The position numbers were made by a program, and so were the translations under genes. From a virus (Duplodnaviria > Caudoviricetes): a DNA stretch of 36,880 nt. The notes under the pieces were generated by a model that worked only from the letters and a program-made list of their open reading frames with translations, ran no database searches and had not been told where the DNA came from. This document shows, piece after piece, positions 34,415-36,880 of the stretch. Positions within the stretch are counted from its first letter, which is position 1. Every line of letters starts with the position of its first letter. The DNA is taken from the IMG/VR virus record IMGVR_UViG_3300025150_000115, positions 1-36,880 of that record. One strand, 5' to 3'.

Positions 34415-34543
34415 ATGTGGCGAGAATACGATAAGACATATCAGAAGTCCATGAAAAGATGGACAATAGCGTTCGTAGCGACCGTGATCATCGCTTTATC
34501 GCTTGGACTGTACGTTGGACTTAAATATCATGGCGTGATATGA
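34415..34543 (+). CDS. Small membrane peptide (42 aa), or 3' part of the interrupted gene
   Basis: MWREYDKTYQKSMKRWTIAFVATVIIALSLGLYVGLKYHGVI*, with one TM helix. Confidence 0.55.
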   Translation: MWREYDKTYQKSMKRWTIAFVATVIIALSLGLYVGLKYHGVI

Positions 34544-34565
34544 GAATGAAAAATAAATAAAAAAT

Positions 34566-35270
34566 ATGAGGTATGTAAGTGTTGATATAGAAGGAACCGG
34601 ACTGGACGTCACACGTGATCAAGTATTGCAGATAGGCGCGGTAGTGGACGATACTAGCTGGTGGATGTCCGGCGACAATTTTGTGGCGGTGAACGATCTG
34701 CCTACGATTAAGCTCAATTTGCTGCATGACAGAATCGAGGGTCAACTGGGCGGAATATCGATGAATGCTTGGATACTGAAGGCCATGCGAGAATATGTGG
34801 AGTGCGAGAGAAAGCAACCGGTTAGTGCGAGTGCGCTCGGAAAATTGATAAACGAACACGGGCAGTTCGTAAAGCATTACGATGCGGCAGAGATATTAAG
34901 GGACTTCTTGATTGAACATACGTATCATGGAGACGTAGTAAAGCAACGAACATCATCATGGTGCAGTTCATCGTTCATACCAGATGTCAAGAAGATCAAC
35001 ATAACGGTGGCCGGAAAGAATTTTGGCACGTACGATAAACCGATGTTAGAACGGCTGCCGAGATGGACCGATTCGATCATCTGCTCGCACAGGGGACTGG
35101 ATCCGACTATGCTGCACTGGAGACCGTTCGATGACAAGAAACTGCCCGACCTCGCAACCTGTATGGATAGGGCGGGAGTTCTTCCAATTGTAACGCATGA
35201 TGCGGTGCAGGATGCGAGGGACGTGATACACTCGATCAGAAATTATTATTTGAACCAAATATTAGATTAA
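34566..35270 (+). CDS. DEDDh 3'-5' exonuclease (DnaQ-like)
   Basis: ExoI VDIEGTGLD, ExoII AGKNFGTYD and ExoIII THDAVQDA motifs. Confidence 0.88.
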   Translation: MRYVSVDIEGTGLDVTRDQVLQIGAVVDDTSWWMSGDNFVAVNDLPTIKLNLLHDRIEGQLGGISMNAWILKAMREYVECERKQPVSASALGKLINEHGQFVKHYDAAEILRDFLIEHTYHGDVVKQRTSSWCSSSFIPDVKKINITVAGKNFGTYDKPMLERLPRWTDSIICSHRGLDPTMLHWRPFDDKKLPDLATCMDRAGVLPIVTHDAVQDARDVIHSIRNYYLNQILD

Positions 35271-35289
35271 TTTATAATTAACGATAAAA

Positions 35290-35524
35290 ATGAAAAGACA
35301 GATAAGAAATGGCGTGTTCGAGACAAATAGTTCGAGAGATGGTTTTCTATTTTAACGGATGTGTTCACATGGGAATCATGCCGAATACTGAAGACAAGAA
35401 TAAGTGTCCAGAGCTACAGTTTGTGCCTGCGCAGTACCTCGAAATACTTTCTGACGTAGAACTGACTGAATCAGAATCAGACGATAATGGAGGACCTGCT
35501 AGTTCGGCACCAATGATGATGTAA
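35290..35524 (+). pseudogene. Deletion-junction remnant joining two phage gene families
   Basis: MKRQIRNGVFETNSS-RDGFLF* (35290-35355) overlaps, in another frame, YFNGCVHMGIMP...QYLE...GGP, which appears to lack its N-terminus. Confidence 0.5.
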
Positions 35525-35537
35525 AAAGATTTTTAAT

Positions 35538-35663
35538 ATGATACTAAAAGACAGAATAAACGTAAAGCACAAAAAGACCGGCCTAGATTACGCTATCACT
35601 GGATTCTCGAAAAATTGTACTAATAAAAATGAAGGTGAGATCTTGGTCCTGTATTCAATGTAG
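35538..35663 (+). pseudogene. Truncated DUF1653-like small protein
   Basis: MILKDRINVKHKKTGLDYAITGFSKNCTNKNEGEILVLYSM* stops before the usual (F/W)VR...F C-terminal motif. Confidence 0.4.
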
Positions 35664-35695
35664 ACCGATGCTGACATAGAATTTATAAAAACTAT

Positions 35696-36565
35696 ATGGA
35701 GAAAGATTATAAAATAATAAACGTAGTCGTCACGGATCCGGCCGATTCTATATTCAAGTCGAACCACAATGATGCAGCAGAATGTCGCATCACGCTATGC
35801 AGCAATAGCGAGAATTGTCAGTTGTTCGAACGTGGTGAGTGCGCACTGCATACTTTATTTGGAGTAAGGAGCTGTCCGTATGGCAGGCTTTCCTACGAAG
35901 GCGGACCCACTAAGCGTGCGAAGAAGTACAGAACATGGATAAGCGATCGCAAGGAAAGGCACAAGGACCAGTTCAGAAAATTGAGCAGTTATAAGGACAT
36001 GATAGCTGTCGTTGGCGATTACATATTTCTGCCGTATGCGCACATGAACATGAACAAGAATGTGCCATTTTTGGCACACGGCGGCGTATTTGCCAATGGC
36101 AGCCACATGATTCTGACAAAGGACTTCACGCCCGATATGATAGCAAACATACTGTCGTATAGTCCGCAAGCGATGATGGGCGGCACGATTACGTCATATC
36201 AAAAAGAGGTAATACCAAAATTCGTAAAGCACTTGCAGGAGATCATGCCTGACACGTTCTCGGACGTTGCCGCAATATATCCGTCGATAAAAAAGATATT
36301 GACATCGTACTCGTACGTCGGAAGGAAGGCATACCTACACTCATTAAGGCCAGGCGTCACATTGCTAAAGTACCATGGCATGTCCAATTTAAAGACGCAG
36401 AACTGGATATGGGACGGGACCTATCTGTCTAGCATCGATACCGGTCTATCGTTCGCCATAGTGGAATACTCGGAAATATCCATCAGGATCAAGCCTAAAG
36501 ATGGCGTCACAGTAGAAATAACGAGCGACGATCAGGTCGACAACAATACCAAATTTTCAACATAA
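35696..36565 (+). CDS. Hypothetical protein with Cys-rich N-terminus
   Basis: 289 aa; five Cys within residues 30-60 (CRITLCSNSENC...GEC...SCPYG). Confidence 0.75.
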   Translation: MEKDYKIINVVVTDPADSIFKSNHNDAAECRITLCSNSENCQLFERGECALHTLFGVRSCPYGRLSYEGGPTKRAKKYRTWISDRKERHKDQFRKLSSYKDMIAVVGDYIFLPYAHMNMNKNVPFLAHGGVFANGSHMILTKDFTPDMIANILSYSPQAMMGGTITSYQKEVIPKFVKHLQEIMPDTFSDVAAIYPSIKKILTSYSYVGRKAYLHSLRPGVTLLKYHGMSNLKTQNWIWDGTYLSSIDTGLSFAIVEYSEISIRIKPKDGVTVEITSDDQVDNNTKFST

Positions 36566-36576
36566 AACAAAAAGAC

Positions 36577-36744
36577 ATGAACAAAAAAATTGCGAAAGAT
36601 TTAGTGGATTTGGTGAACGATAGCGACAGCGTCTATGACGCGCAAGAAGCTGTGGAAGAATACCTACAGTATTATATCATCGAAAAGAAAAAAGAAGTAT
36701 CTTACCTAAAAATTAAATCAGATGACAACACAAAAAAATGTTAG
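36577..36744 (+). CDS. Small hypothetical protein (55 aa)
   Basis: MNKKIAKDLVDLVNDSDSVYDAQEAVEEYLQ...KKC*, with A-rich upstream sequence. Confidence 0.6.
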   Translation: MNKKIAKDLVDLVNDSDSVYDAQEAVEEYLQYYIIEKKKEVSYLKIKSDDNTKKC

Positions 36745-36880
36745 TAAATGCAACGAATCTGTGTGCGGGACGTTAACGCCAAAACACATAGTAGAATATT
36801 TTGAGGACCATCCACACGACTTACCAGAAACGTTGACTGTAGGTGAGGCCATAGAACGTTTGCGAAGATGGTCTTTAGAT
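36722..36880 (+). CDS. Hypothetical protein, partial (runs off right edge)
   Basis: MTTQKNVSKCNESVCGTLTPKHIVEYFEDHPHDL... is open to the window end. Confidence 0.5.
   Translation, partial: MTTQKNVSKCNESVCGTLTPKHIVEYFEDHPHDLPETLTVGEAIERLRRWSLD

Noticed and set aside
1-36880. TAG stop-codon reassignment (code 15), suggested by rare TAG stops and the ATG-TAG at 25651
   Set aside because: All long genes, including the 1234-aa NrdJ, are intact under the standard code, and extending through the few TAGs restores no recognisable domain.
1-36880. tRNA, rRNA or other structured RNA genes
   Set aside because: No cloverleaf or T-loop signature was seen in the few noncoding gaps; a covariance-model search would be needed to exclude them fully.

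Overview
This window is most consistent with part of a large (jumbo-type) contractile-tailed phage, probably infecting Bacteroidota. The host call rests on AT-rich gene starts lacking Shine-Dalgarno sites, a Bacteroidota-type class II RNR, a TAnnTTTG promoter element and an A-Q signal peptide. From left to right: (1) 1-4.5 kb, a minus-strand baseplate/tail structural module; (2) 4.5-7.5 kb, small hypothetical genes, a degenerate Nudix protein and DUF3310; (3) about 7.5-33.3 kb, a very large glycan-synthesis island. The island has 12 glycosyltransferase genes (about 14 GT domains: GT2, GT4-like, GT6, GT9-like, GT11, GT25, CgeB-like), GalE, an atypical Gmd-like SDR, a sugar C-methyltransferase, two other SAM methyltransferase domains and a sulfotransferase. 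It is interleaved with a zincin, an ATP-grasp ligase and an intein-containing nrdJ; (4) after a strand switch at about 33.3-33.6 kb, plus-strand small genes and a DEDDh exonuclease. Most notable: an all-soluble glycan pathway with an ABO/H blood-group-like core (GT25+GT11+GT6+GalE); a GT9-like enzyme apparently split across the C-termini of two multidomain GTs; a recurring ECF-like promoter (GAAAC-N16-CGTA); and four decayed homing-endonuclease relics in 'intergenic' gaps. All family assignments come from motif recognition by eye, with no database searches.
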